Part shown: one piece after another, positions 17,137 to 26,462 of the stretch | How the letters are laid out: each line of letters begins with the position of its first letter | How positions within the stretch are numbered: position 1 is the first letter of the stretch | IMG/VR virus record: IMGVR_UViG_3300013286_000012 | Span: 12,546 to 76,545 of that record | Length of the DNA: 64,000 bases | Source: a virus | Reading direction: 5' to 3' (one strand) | Notes under the pieces: generated by a model | Told to the model about the DNA's origin: nothing | Database searches by the model: none | What the model saw: only the letters and a program-made list of their open reading frames with translations | Translations under genes and position numbers: made by a program

Positions 17137-17684
17137 CAAATCATTCCTATCAATTTTTGTTTACGTTGTGCTACGCCAATTGCTACTGGGCAAAAATCGC
17201 ATAGATAGGTCTTTTGACCTGGAGAATCTTTGTACTTTTCCATTCCTTCTGCTCTGCGTTCTTTTTCTGTTTTAGGAATTAGCATCTTTTTTTCATCATG
17301 CCATTCTACGCAGCCATCTTTTGGTTTATTGTGGGCTTTGTAGCAAGCCATGGCATCTTCCATAAAAATAGAGCGTGATTCATAAAATGTGTCATCAATT
17401 TCAGCAAGGCCTTTAGAACCTCCGCCTTTAATTTGACGAATAATTTCTTGTTTTGATTTTGTATCTGCCCATGAACGAAGAGGCAATACAAATAGTTTGC
17501 CTTTATGTGGTTCTCCTGAAGGGAAGGCGTGAGTCTCACAAGCAACAGCCAACAACATGTCTAGTTCGGGGTCACCGTCATACGGCGGAAGTTCTTCTAG
17601 CGTTTGACAGACAAGACAAAATAGCAGCCGAAACATCGGCTCTGCATCTGCGGGTTTTTGTCCCAAAAGTGGTACGTTACTCAT
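17136..17684 (-). CDS. hypothetical Zn-binding protein
   Basis: CLVC, C..H..C, CDFC; GGAG RBS. Confidence 0.7.
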   Translation of the reverse strand: MSNVPLLGQKPADAEPMFRLLFCLVCQTLEELPPYDGDPELDMLLAVACETHAFPSGEPHKGKLFVLPLRSWADTKSKQEIIRQIKGGGSKGLAEIDDTFYESRSIFMEDAMACYKAHNKPKDGCVEWHDEKKMLIPKTEKERRAEGMEKYKDSPGQKTYLCDFCPVAIGVAQRKQKLIGMI

Positions 17685-17748
17685 AGTGCTCCTTATGGTG
17701 TTCCTTGGAGACTAACCTATGACTTTTAAAACCTATATGGGTCTTAAA

Positions 17749-17970
17749 CTATTTAAATTTTTTATTCTTTGGGTCTACTGGGTATCCAGGGATATTGCCA
17801 CGAGTTAACTCGTTCTCAAGATTTGAGCCGTAGTGCTTGTTCTTGGTTGCCTGACGAAGATTTTTTCCACCCATAAAACTGTACTGATAATCACCAGTAT
17901 TTTGATTGTGGACATCCCAAATATGCTTGCGCCTTGGGTCATCTCCACGGTCAGGAACCATTGTTGGCAT
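17749..17970 (-). CDS. small hypothetical protein
   Basis: ORF in tightly packed operon. Confidence 0.6.
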   Translation of the reverse strand: MPTMVPDRGDDPRRKHIWDVHNQNTGDYQYSFMGGKNLRQATKNKHYGSNLENELTRGNIPGYPVDPKNKKFK

Positions 17971-17972
17971 AA

Positions 17973-18173
17973 TTACTTACCTGGATTTACCTTATTTGGA
18001 TATTCAGATGTAGCAAAACCATAACCATAGAATGGGTGAAGCGTCTGACGGTTGTCAAGAGTATTGGCAGAGTCAGCGGTTACTTCTGTATCTGGGCGTA
18101 CTTTGCGGTACTTACCATCTGTAGCGCCTTCGTTAAGGCCTGCGTTCATTGAACGTGATGAGTTAACTGCCAT
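17973..18173 (-). CDS. small hypothetical protein
   Basis: ORF in operon. Confidence 0.65.
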   Translation of the reverse strand: MAVNSSRSMNAGLNEGATDGKYRKVRPDTEVTADSANTLDNRQTLHPFYGYGFATSEYPNKVNPGK

Positions 18174-18175
18174 AA

Positions 18176-18487
18176 TTATTTACCTTTTCTTTTATTTTTT
18201 GGAATGCTAATAACAATAGGGTTTTGGTCGTTTTCTGCTCTGTAACGATTTGCTGCTTTTAATTCTGTAGGATATTTTTCGTAAAATTCATGTGCATCAA
18301 CTCCACGTCCCACGGCTTCTTTCTTACCCATTAGAGACCCTTGCTTAAGAGAAAGGTTTCTTTCGTCTGCAGCAATGCGGCGTACGTTGTAACGGCTTTG
18401 GTCATCTCGTTCATAACCTGCAGGTGAAAGACCTGGCCCATTAGCAGCCTTAAGCGCTCGTGCATTTGCACGGCGGTCGTTAAATAA
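18176..18487 (-). CDS. basic hypothetical protein (start probably near MLFNDRR)
   Basis: coupled to upstream stop; exact start uncertain. Confidence 0.55.
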   Translation of the reverse strand, partial: LFNDRRANARALKAANGPGLSPAGYERDDQSRYNVRRIAADERNLSLKQGSLMGKKEAVGRGVDAHEFYEKYPTELKAANRYRAENDQNPIVISIPKNKRKGK

Positions 18488-18489
18488 CA

Positions 18490-18693
18490 TTATGCCATTC
18501 TGCCTTTCACTCGTGCTGCCTTTGTCTGAGTCAGACAAGATAGGCAATGCCCTCTATTGCTAATAAATTCTACTGGATTCATAATAACTCCACAGGTTGG
18601 ACATGGGGCAGAACCGTTGTACTGAGTAATATTTTGAGCAATTTGTTTTGCCTGCAACTCCATTGAGAGCATGCCATCTCCGTCATCAGCCAT
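18490..18693 (-). CDS. small Zn-finger protein
   Basis: CPTC...CLSC. Confidence 0.65.
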   Translation of the reverse strand: MADDGDGMLSMELQAKQIAQNITQYNGSAPCPTCGVIMNPVEFISNRGHCLSCLTQTKAARVKGRMA

Positions 18694-19064
18694 TAGTTAC
18701 TCCCCAGTGCGTTGCGCTCTGCTGCTTGGTAACCAGAGACACCACCAGAGAACCATGATACTCGTGGCTCTGTGTAATTTCTGTCGATAGTCACAATGTC
18801 ATCAATGCCAGGCTGTGAACGGTCTCCATAACCATAACGGGCTGGAAAGAGTTGAATCTGTGGCAGTGGTGGTCGAACCATTGCCTGGATATCAGCACCT
18901 GGAACATTCATAATCATGAGAGCCTGTTGTGTAAGGCGCTCTTGGTTGGTTGCCCATGGGCCGTAATAAGAATATTTTTTTGCAACCATATCGGGATTAA
19001 TAGGGGAGCGAAATGCTGACCATGGTTTTGTGTGGTCATAGCGACCGTCGACGTGTTGTGTCAT
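18693..19064 (-). CDS. hypothetical protein
   Basis: ATGA overlap at MTQHVDG. Confidence 0.6.
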   Translation of the reverse strand: MTQHVDGRYDHTKPWSAFRSPINPDMVAKKYSYYGPWATNQERLTQQALMIMNVPGADIQAMVRPPLPQIQLFPARYGYGDRSQPGIDDIVTIDRNYTEPRVSWFSGGVSGYQAAERNALGSN

Positions 19065-19708
19065 TGGACTGCACCTCTGTGTGTTACCCACGTCGTTGCC
19101 TGAACTTTATTTGGAATGTCTACACCTAATTGTTCTGATGCTGTTTTGTATGCCCGAACAAAATGGTCATAACGACCTTTAGAATGAAATACTTTTGTTG
19201 CATCTTCTGGTTTAGGTCCCACACGTTTTCCACCTTGACCAACAAAAGGGTTTCCTACAGCAAGGTTAACGGCATGTGTGTCAATTGTTACAGGATGTGG
19301 ATTACTTGGGTCAGCAATATTTGCAAAAAAGTTAGGGACTTTTCCGTGAGTTCCAAGAACTAAATCTGGGTCTTCTCCTTCATGAATTCTTCGTGCTTTT
19401 CTTGCATTAGTATCGAAAGTTGGTGCTGTTCCAGTTTTAATTATGCTATTAGCATGAGAGATGTTAGTTGCCCAATCTGTAAGAGGAGAAACTGCAGCAA
19501 TAATTCCAGCGCCTTTTCTAGCGTCTCCACCACCAATTTTTGTGGCTGTTTCGTGTGCACGCTCATACCACTCGTGTCCTCCTTTTAATAGTTCTGGAGT
19601 TGCACTCTTATAAGTATCTGTAATATTTTTTACATGTGCAGTAAGTAGTTGACGGGATAAATTAGCATTCCATCTTGGGTGCTCTTCTTGTCCACTAAAC
19701 GTTTCCAT
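19061..19708 (-). CDS. phage protein with HhH-GPD glycosylase-like motifs
   Basis: WYERAH, AAVSP..W..N, KV.NF..NI, VTIDTHA, QATTW. Confidence 0.55.
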   Translation of the reverse strand: METFSGQEEHPRWNANLSRQLLTAHVKNITDTYKSATPELLKGGHEWYERAHETATKIGGGDARKGAGIIAAVSPLTDWATNISHANSIIKTGTAPTFDTNARKARRIHEGEDPDLVLGTHGKVPNFFANIADPSNPHPVTIDTHAVNLAVGNPFVGQGGKRVGPKPEDATKVFHSKGRYDHFVRAYKTASEQLGVDIPNKVQATTWVTHRGAVQ

Positions 19709-19709
19709 G

Positions 19710-20243
19710 TTAACTCCACGCTGGTTTCAAGTAAGCCATCATTGCTTTGCGACGCTCATCAATAGTTCCTGGTTGGTTAGCCTGTGTGTTTGCTTTGCCA
19801 TCATTAACGAGGTGAGGCGCTGGTGTAAGAGAAATTTCAGGAGCACTTCTTGCGCTTTGGTATACGACTCCACCATTAATATTTACTTGGCGTGCCTTCA
19901 TTTGACGTTCGATGCCCATCATTGGATTAATTTGTTCTGGCCAATAGTACATAGATGGCTCAATGCGCTCACCCTTGTGTACACCACGCTGATATGCCTT
20001 TTGATTAACACGATTCTTGATACTATCCAATAGACGGTCATCACGACGTGAACGGATAGTACCAAGGTACCCGTCTGGATATTCTGCAGAGGGTATTCTT
20101 CCCACTCCAATACGAAGGGAATCCATTGTGTCTCGTGCTACAGGTGTGCCTGCACCACCTTGATTGTTATAACCATTAAGTCCACCGCCACCAAGTGACT
20201 GCCAATTTTGCGATGCGGAAAAATTATTTGTGCTGCCTGCCAT
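19710..20243 (-). CDS. hypothetical protein (possible virion-internal)
   Basis: G/N-rich N-terminus; operon. Confidence 0.65.
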   Translation of the reverse strand: MAGSTNNFSASQNWQSLGGGGLNGYNNQGGAGTPVARDTMDSLRIGVGRIPSAEYPDGYLGTIRSRRDDRLLDSIKNRVNQKAYQRGVHKGERIEPSMYYWPEQINPMMGIERQMKARQVNINGGVVYQSARSAPEISLTPAPHLVNDGKANTQANQPGTIDERRKAMMAYLKPAWS

Positions 20244-20848
20244 TACTTGGCCTGCTTTAGTGCTTCTAGCGCTTTTGCTTTGTCTGCTGAAGTTACTCTG
20301 CGACGCTGCTTACTTTCTTCACGTTGTTGCTTGAGGTAACCAATTGTCATCTCTGCTGCTGGGTTGACAGTCTTCTTACCTGTCTTCTCATCTTCAAAGT
20401 GTGTAGTAAGTGTTTTACCAGTTCCTGCTGCATATACGCCAAGTTGTCGTTGACTAATACCACGGCTTAGCGCTGTCTCTAGTGAGGAACGAGAGGCACG
20501 TTCACCAATACGGTCAGTTACGTCTAAATAAGTTTTACCTTTATCTTGCCAAATTCCTTGATGCACATTTGCACTCTCTGTTGGTGTGGCACCACGAGCC
20601 TTCATCCAACCAGTTGGTACAATTTTTTCAGCCACACCTTTAACTTCATCAATGTGCTCTTTAACAGCCTTTGGGTTAGTAAGACCACTGATTGCTTCTG
20701 GACTACCACCCATGTTTACAGGCACGCGAGGGTCACGTGATACATAGTATCCAGAACCCTTACCTGCTTTACCTGTAGCAACTTCACGTGAGCCACCAAG
20801 AAGATGAGCAAATTGTATGTCGTTAATTATTGGGCGGTTATCAGACAT
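20243..20848 (-). CDS. hypothetical basic protein
   Basis: coupled ORF. Confidence 0.65.
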   Translation of the reverse strand: MSDNRPIINDIQFAHLLGGSREVATGKAGKGSGYYVSRDPRVPVNMGGSPEAISGLTNPKAVKEHIDEVKGVAEKIVPTGWMKARGATPTESANVHQGIWQDKGKTYLDVTDRIGERASRSSLETALSRGISQRQLGVYAAGTGKTLTTHFEDEKTGKKTVNPAAEMTIGYLKQQREESKQRRRVTSADKAKALEALKQAK

Positions 20849-21099
20849 TACTCTCTACCTATGCCTTTATCCGAATTTGGAAGAGAAGTTTTAGTGTCAT
20901 CATCAAATCTATAAGTTGTTCCCGCAGTGCGTCTTGATAATGACATTGGGTGTCCACCACCAAGTCCTTTAGTGCGCCACGCCGTTGCGCCCGCTGCTGA
21001 ACCTGTTGTTGAACTACTTAAAGACAATGGGGCATCAACACGTGGAGTGTTAGCCATTGACTCATAGTTACTGCCAAACTGCGAAGATGACAATGCCAT
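20848..21099 (-). CDS. S/T/G-rich small protein
   Basis: coupled ORF. Confidence 0.6.
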   Translation of the reverse strand: MALSSSQFGSNYESMANTPRVDAPLSLSSSTTGSAAGATAWRTKGLGGGHPMSLSRRTAGTTYRFDDDTKTSLPNSDKGIGRE

Positions 21100-21100
21100 T

Positions 21101-21556
21101 TTAATACTCGGTATTCATACCGTATTCGAAGTTAGGTGCATTCTTACCCATAACGGAAGGAACAATCTTTGCATTCATCATTGTTGCTGATGCTTCAATT
21201 GAATGAACTGCTGGAAATGTTGCACCAATTACATAACGAGCACCCATACGTTCAGACTGTGCTGCATTTCCTGCAAGCATGTTTGGACGGTTTGCTTTTC
21301 CACCCATTGTTGGGTCTCCTGCTTGTGTGTTCTTCTTTGGCATAAGTGTGCCTACTAAAGGTGCTCCGCTAATGTTAGCCACGCCCGTTACCTGACCAAC
21401 GTACTTGCGTGCGCTGTTAGCGTGTTCTGCAGATGCAAGAACTTCTTCTGGTGTCATATTATTTCTGCTCATGCTTTTTCCTGCCGCTTCGTGGTGGTTG
21501 GAGGGTGCGCCCATGCGACGACGCATAGCGTGACCCATTGATGTCCATGTTGCCAT
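21101..21556 (-). CDS. M/A/G-rich hypothetical protein
   Basis: AAGGAG RBS. Confidence 0.65.
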   Translation of the reverse strand: MATWTSMGHAMRRRMGAPSNHHEAAGKSMSRNNMTPEEVLASAEHANSARKYVGQVTGVANISGAPLVGTLMPKKNTQAGDPTMGGKANRPNMLAGNAAQSERMGARYVIGATFPAVHSIEASATMMNAKIVPSVMGKNAPNFEYGMNTEY

Positions 21557-21593
21557 AGGGACTCCTTAATCTTGATACAAGGATACGACTGAA

Positions 21594-21887
21594 TTAACTG
21601 GCTGTAATGGCAAATACAATGGCGCTAATTTCTCCATCACGAGATTCAATAGTGGTAAACCCTGGTTTGCATACTAAATCTAAGCCACGAGGAGCCACAT
21701 AACCTCTAGCAATTGCCATGGCCTTAACTGCTTGATTTACTGCGCCTGCACCAACTGCTCGCATTTTAACTTCATGCTTATCATAAATTGCGTGAGCAAT
21801 GGCTGAGGCTACGCTTTGAGGATTGGAACTTGCGCTAACTCGTAGAAACGGTTCTTCAGCAGAAACTTCTGGCGGTGTGTTATTCAA
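21594..21887 (-). CDS. spoVS: SpoVS family (Alba-fold) protein
   Basis: LRVSASSNPQSVASAIA...AVGAGAVNQAVKA.AIARGYVAP.G.DL...PGF. Confidence 0.9.
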   Translation of the reverse strand: MNNTPPEVSAEEPFLRVSASSNPQSVASAIAHAIYDKHEVKMRAVGAGAVNQAVKAMAIARGYVAPRGLDLVCKPGFTTIESRDGEISAIVFAITAS

Positions 21888-21940
21888 TTGTTAGTCCTTT
21901 AATTCGGTGTCGTATGCCGCTCCTGGACTAAAGGGTACGG

Positions 21941-22528
21941 CTAAAGTCTTGATGCGTCTCTATATTTGGAATCTTTCATCTGCTCAACAACAGCCAGTTC
22001 TATTGCATCTATGTGGCATTCAGCAGCCAATCGTCCTAATCCATATGCGTCTGCTGCATTGTCATCATTAAACTCAACATTCCATCGTTTGTAAATTTGT
22101 AACAGCATCTCTTGCTTTTTAGCGTTTCCTTTGCCTGATGCATATTTTTTTAATGTCATTGGCGGAACTTTTAACGGGTAACGTCTATCATCTCCTTCTT
22201 CAAAAAAGTCATGTATTGTCAAACGAACCGCAGCAGACAATTCCCCAAGAACGAGGGCGGCATGGCTGGCGAGGACTGTGCCTTCCATAGCAATGTCTTG
22301 AATTATGCATCCTTGTTCTTCTACATACTCAAGGTGTTCAATTAGCCATTGACGAATATCCACAAGGCGCTCAATACCAAAGTATGGGGATTTGTATACC
22401 CAGGTCATGTGATGAGTTGGGTTTGTTGTACTTACAGCAGAAAAAGCAAACCCAGTAAGCGATTGGTCAATACCTATCGCCACTGGATTTCCCATCGGAA
22501 GTTTTCCGTCAATCAGTTTTGTTGGCAC
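21941..22528 (-). CDS. ruvC: RuvC-like Holliday junction resolvase
   Basis: IGIDQSLT, AMEG, P..LKK..SGKGNAKK, DNAADA. Confidence 0.85.
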   Translation of the reverse strand: MPTKLIDGKLPMGNPVAIGIDQSLTGFAFSAVSTTNPTHHMTWVYKSPYFGIERLVDIRQWLIEHLEYVEEQGCIIQDIAMEGTVLASHAALVLGELSAAVRLTIHDFFEEGDDRRYPLKVPPMTLKKYASGKGNAKKQEMLLQIYKRWNVEFNDDNAADAYGLGRLAAECHIDAIELAVVEQMKDSKYRDASRL

Positions 22529-22802
22529 GGAGTTCTCTTTCTTCAATAACCATTTCAATAGTACCAAGATAGCCTGCCCCGTCCGTCAGGTTATCTCGTT
22601 TATGTCGATAAGACTCTCTTGCAATTTTTACCCACGCCATTGCAAGTCCAACTTGTTCTTCTGTTAATTCACAATCAAATATAACTTCCCAACCCTTTTT
22701 AATGCGGTTAAAATTATCTAATGGATGGTCATACGTGTAGTTGCGCTCTCCATTAATTAAATCATCTGCTTCTTGCAAAATGTTTTTATGGGATTCTGAC
22801 AT
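22509..22802 (-). CDS. DUF6378-like phage protein
   Basis: ILQEA..LINGER...Y..P..NF.RI...W, VKIAR, DN..D.AGY. Confidence 0.75.
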   Translation of the reverse strand: MSESHKNILQEADDLINGERNYTYDHPLDNFNRIKKGWEVIFDCELTEEQVGLAMAWVKIARESYRHKRDNLTDGAGYLGTIEMVIEERELRANKTD

Positions 22803-23667
22803 AGCGCCCCGTTTGAAACTCATTTTTTACAGCAATAGTAGATGATAAAATTGAATTAAAAGTTTCATCAAATGAATCTTTTTTGTTTAGTACCCACCAC
22901 GCTGCTAGCGCTGCCGTAGAGTTAGAAGTCCCAGCAGTAAACTTTGTTGAGCCGTTTAATTGAGTGGTGATATAACGAGCATCAAGGAAGAAGTCTGTCT
23001 GTCCTTGCGCACCGTTGCTATACCGTGCAATGGTCTTGTCGTAATCGGTTGTTTTTATTGTTGACAATGCGCTATCTACAGCGCCCACAGCGACCGCATC
23101 TGAAAGACATGCTGGAGAAAACACGGATGTGTGGTCTTCATCATTTCCTACAGCAGCCATTACTGGAACTTGTGCAGATTTTAATGCTGAAATGCTTTGA
23201 GCCATAGTTGCTGGAACTTTACATCCTGCAAATATTTTGCCCTGTGACAAACTTACGGCAACAATATTGTATTTTTTACGATTTGCAACTACCCAATTGA
23301 GAGCGTTTTTAACGTCATCTAACGAGTAGGCGCTTTGCGCTCCAGATTGAGTTATTCCTACAATTCTAATAGGAATAATTTTTACCGATGGGTTTACTTG
23401 AAGAATGACGGATAACATCTCTGTTCCATGATTAAAGTTTATATCAGTCGTAGGCGGTATATTTGCTGCACCAAGTCCTTCCATAGTTGTTTTGCCATTA
23501 GGACATTTAAACAACGTAAGGACACAAACTTCATACGCAATATTGTCTTTAAACAAAGACGTATTTGTTCCACTGTCAATCACCGCAATAGATTGTGGAA
23601 CATCTGCGCGTGCAGGTGCTATAAAAGACACTAATAAAGTTATTACAACTAGCAGTTGTTTAATCAA
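22786..23667 (-). CDS. secreted subtilisin-like (S8) serine protease
   Basis: signal peptide; VIDSG, HGT, AAVGN, GTS catalytic motifs. Confidence 0.88.
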   Translation of the reverse strand: MIKQLLVVITLLVSFIAPARADVPQSIAVIDSGTNTSLFKDNIAYEVCVLTLFKCPNGKTTMEGLGAANIPPTTDINFNHGTEMLSVILQVNPSVKIIPIRIVGITQSGAQSAYSLDDVKNALNWVVANRKKYNIVAVSLSQGKIFAGCKVPATMAQSISALKSAQVPVMAAVGNDEDHTSVFSPACLSDAVAVGAVDSALSTIKTTDYDKTIARYSNGAQGQTDFFLDARYITTQLNGSTKFTAGTSNSTAALAAWWVLNKKDSFDETFNSILSSTIAVKNEFQTGRYVRIP

Positions 23668-24286
23668 GAATCCAACCCCTAAGCAACATAAATACCTTGC
23701 TTAAATATCTAGTTAGAAGGGGCTTGTTTACAACAGCAGCAGTAACTTGTTCTTTAGTTTGCGGGTTAGTAAAACTTTGAGTTTCGTTAGTTGTACCTTG
23801 AGTAGCAGAGATACTTGCACCAGTTGTGCTTGTAACTACTGGAGTAAATTTCATTTGACCATCTATAAAACTGTCAGGACCAAATGTAACAGCATCAGAA
23901 TTAATAGTTGCAGAAACGGTTGTAGTATCTACAATTTCAATTTTTACTACAACAGGTGCTGGCATACTTGTTGAGCCTTGAGTAAATACTTGGGCTTGTA
24001 AATCATATTTTACAGGGTTATCAGGAGTACCACGATAACCTCCTTGAGTTTGTCCAGTAACTGGGTTTTCTGGAACTTGTAACACCAATCTTTGTCCAGC
24101 CCAAGGGGTGTCAGTTGGCATAACTCCACCTAAAGACCCGTTAGGACCACACACTGCAGGTCCACAAGCAATTACGTTTGTTACAACGCCATTAGAATCA
24201 ACAACAGCATAAGTAGATTGGTCTCCTGCATATGCAGGAATTGTAGATAATGTTAAAAACGTTAATACAATAAATAATTTTTTCAT
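23660..24286 (-). CDS. secreted hypothetical protein
   Basis: signal peptide; T/V-rich. Confidence 0.7.
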   Translation of the reverse strand: MKKLFIVLTFLTLSTIPAYAGDQSTYAVVDSNGVVTNVIACGPAVCGPNGSLGGVMPTDTPWAGQRLVLQVPENPVTGQTQGGYRGTPDNPVKYDLQAQVFTQGSTSMPAPVVVKIEIVDTTTVSATINSDAVTFGPDSFIDGQMKFTPVVTSTTGASISATQGTTNETQSFTNPQTKEQVTAAVVNKPLLTRYLSKVFMLLRGWILD

Positions 24287-24738
24287 AATATAAATGAATC
24301 CCTCCGACCCATTGTTTGCGAGCGACGACTTATCTCTCTTGATACCAAGGTGATGTCCCGTTCTTGATTGTTTAACATCATCTCTAATATCTTACGATAA
24401 GCGTACTTCTCTTCGTACTTATCTCGCAAATCAAGGATGTCAGGCTCAACATCAATCTGAGCCTTAATGAGCGAGACCGTGGTGCCCTTGGGCGCTCCTG
24501 TGGTTTTTGTTACAAGCATGCGGCTCTCAGCCAACTCAGCCTTGCGCAGGGCATCCCGTTCAGCCAGTTGAGCCTGTACCAACTGGCTAGACATATAGTC
24601 AGCCCAACCTGTAAGAATGGTAAACATCTCAGCCAACTGTTCACTGCTTAATTCAGTGATATCTGGTGGCAGTACCGCTTGAGCATACGTTGGCTTAGGG
24701 AGGTCTATGCCACCTTGCATCATCGGTGAGAGTTCCAT
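24283..24738 (-). CDS. helical protein, possible UvsY-like recombination mediator
   Basis: coiled coil, LVSREISRR end, recombination operon context. Confidence 0.45.
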   Translation of the reverse strand: MELSPMMQGGIDLPKPTYAQAVLPPDITELSSEQLAEMFTILTGWADYMSSQLVQAQLAERDALRKAELAESRMLVTKTTGAPKGTTVSLIKAQIDVEPDILDLRDKYEEKYAYRKILEMMLNNQERDITLVSREISRRSQTMGRRDSFIL

Positions 24739-24740
24739 AA

Positions 24741-25586
24741 TTAATCTCCAATCAAATCACACTGCTTACAACCACTAGGGTCAACATTACACTTCGGCAT
24801 AACGCCAGCGTCAACCGCATCATTAATCTGCTGTGCCTTGTAGAAGACTCTCTCAACCATGTCATAATCAGCCTTTACTGTGAACTCTTTGTAATCTTGG
24901 TCCATCTTTAATTCATATAAAAATACAATTTCTTTGGGCGCATCTTCTCCATACATACGATGAGCAAGTTCTAGATACATCTGACCTTGCAACAAGTGAC
25001 CACGGAATGGACGACGAATATTACGCCACGCCTTCTTTAAGTCATGGTCAGCATCACGGAGCAAATCTGGTGCCTCAAAGCGCAGCGTGCCTTCACCAAT
25101 AGACTTAATCTCAATCAAGAAATCATCATCAAGACCCTTGACCCAGCCATCGGTGTGTCCCGCAATACGAAGACTGTGGTCAACAAGTGCTACTTCGTCA
25201 TAAACTAACGTTGCACACTTGCAGTGTTCGCATACTTCTGGAGATAACCCTGCAGTAATGCCCTTACAATTTTGACATTTAAAATCTCCCCACATATTTC
25301 CCATCTCATAGATGCGATTTTGCCATTTAGCATGAATGAAATGACCCTCATCAAAGATATTTTGCAGACGAAGGTTGGGGTTTGCTTGTTTCTTGATACC
25401 ACCAGTAAGCAAGTAATAGGAATAACGATGGCAAAAGTCAGACCTAATCATCTCTGATGGATGAAGTACAATAGTACTGCGGTCATCTGGAACTCTCTTA
25501 AGTAGATGACGTTCAATAGGACCAAGAAGGCGCGTATCTGCTTTCTTAGTATCTAAGTATTTTTGTAAGTTATTCTTGACTACCAT
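24741..25586 (-). CDS. Cas4-like PD-(D/E)XK exonuclease
   Basis: HPSE..C, GHTDG, IEIKS, Q.QMY, C-terminal C..C..C. Confidence 0.85.
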   Translation of the reverse strand: MVVKNNLQKYLDTKKADTRLLGPIERHLLKRVPDDRSTIVLHPSEMIRSDFCHRYSYYLLTGGIKKQANPNLRLQNIFDEGHFIHAKWQNRIYEMGNMWGDFKCQNCKGITAGLSPEVCEHCKCATLVYDEVALVDHSLRIAGHTDGWVKGLDDDFLIEIKSIGEGTLRFEAPDLLRDADHDLKKAWRNIRRPFRGHLLQGQMYLELAHRMYGEDAPKEIVFLYELKMDQDYKEFTVKADYDMVERVFYKAQQINDAVDAGVMPKCNVDPSGCKQCDLIGD

Positions 25587-25915
25587 TATTTATCCCTCTC
25601 ATTACTAAAAATAAATTCTTGAAGCGTCATTTTTTTCTTGTACTTCTTCTTCCATTTTCTTATGAGAGCATTTCTTTCTCGATGAGAAAGTCCTCCCCAA
25701 ATACCGTGAGGCTCATCTCGACTTACTGCATCCCATAAACACTTTTCGCGTACAGGACACGGACTTTGACGAGATTCTCCAAAACAAATAGATTTTGCTT
25801 GTGTTGCAAGCACTTTGTATTGTTCTTTATCACGGGGTGGAAAAAAAATAAAAGTTGTATCGTCTTTGCCTCGGCAACGTGCTTCGTATACCCAAGCGTG
25901 GCGGGACTCATCCAT
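25586..25915 (-). CDS. whiB: WhiB family transcription factor
   Basis: W...ARC...FFP...C..CPV...C...GIWGGL. Confidence 0.92.
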   Translation of the reverse strand: MDESRHAWVYEARCRGKDDTTFIFFPPRDKEQYKVLATQAKSICFGESRQSPCPVREKCLWDAVSRDEPHGIWGGLSHRERNALIRKWKKKYKKKMTLQEFIFSNERDK

Positions 25916-26227
25916 TTATTGGAGTTTCTCTCTCATCTCTAAAAAATCATCTTCGGTTAAGAGTACATAGTTCTTGTCGTTAAGGCTAATTCCAAACACT
26001 GGCATTCTGCTATCAATAATTGCTTCTATAACAATTTTTTCAACTTCTAATGCTTTAATTGAAAACGATTTTTTGCCAGTCCACTTATGTTCAATCAATA
26101 AATCAGGTGAACGGACATCTCCTTTTCTAGACCAGAAAGCCCCAGAAGCAGCAGTCTTTGACCCACCAACTTTCTTAGCAAGTCGTTTCTCGTGCTTTTG
26201 AGATTGTTTTTGACCTTCACTCTTCAA
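25916..26227 (-). CDS. PD-(D/E)XK Holliday junction resolvase-like nuclease
   Basis: HE.RLA, SGA...KGD, LIEHK. Confidence 0.75.
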   Translation of the reverse strand: MKSEGQKQSQKHEKRLAKKVGGSKTAASGAFWSRKGDVRSPDLLIEHKWTGKKSFSIKALEVEKIVIEAIIDSRMPVFGISLNDKNYVLLTEDDFLEMREKLQ

Positions 26228-26462
26228 GAAGTTCTACCTTGCCCTCTTCGTAGCCCTCCAGCAAACGAGGAACAAGGTAGAAAAATGTTTCACGCCAAAA
26301 ACATTGTGAACAACCGCAGAATAATTCTCCAGAAAGTGTTTCTGATACCTCATCATCAGTGCCTTCGTAAATAGCATCCATGAGCATATCGGTGTAATCC
26401 TCTACTCCTTTCTCTAATGTGTGCGCCCAATCTTGGTCATTGACAATAAAATTTTTAGGCAT
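26217..26462 (-). CDS. hypothetical protein
   Basis: FCGC..CF.RE motif. Confidence 0.65.
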   Translation of the reverse strand: MPKNFIVNDQDWAHTLEKGVEDYTDMLMDAIYEGTDDEVSETLSGELFCGCSQCFWRETFFYLVPRLLEGYEEGKVELLEE

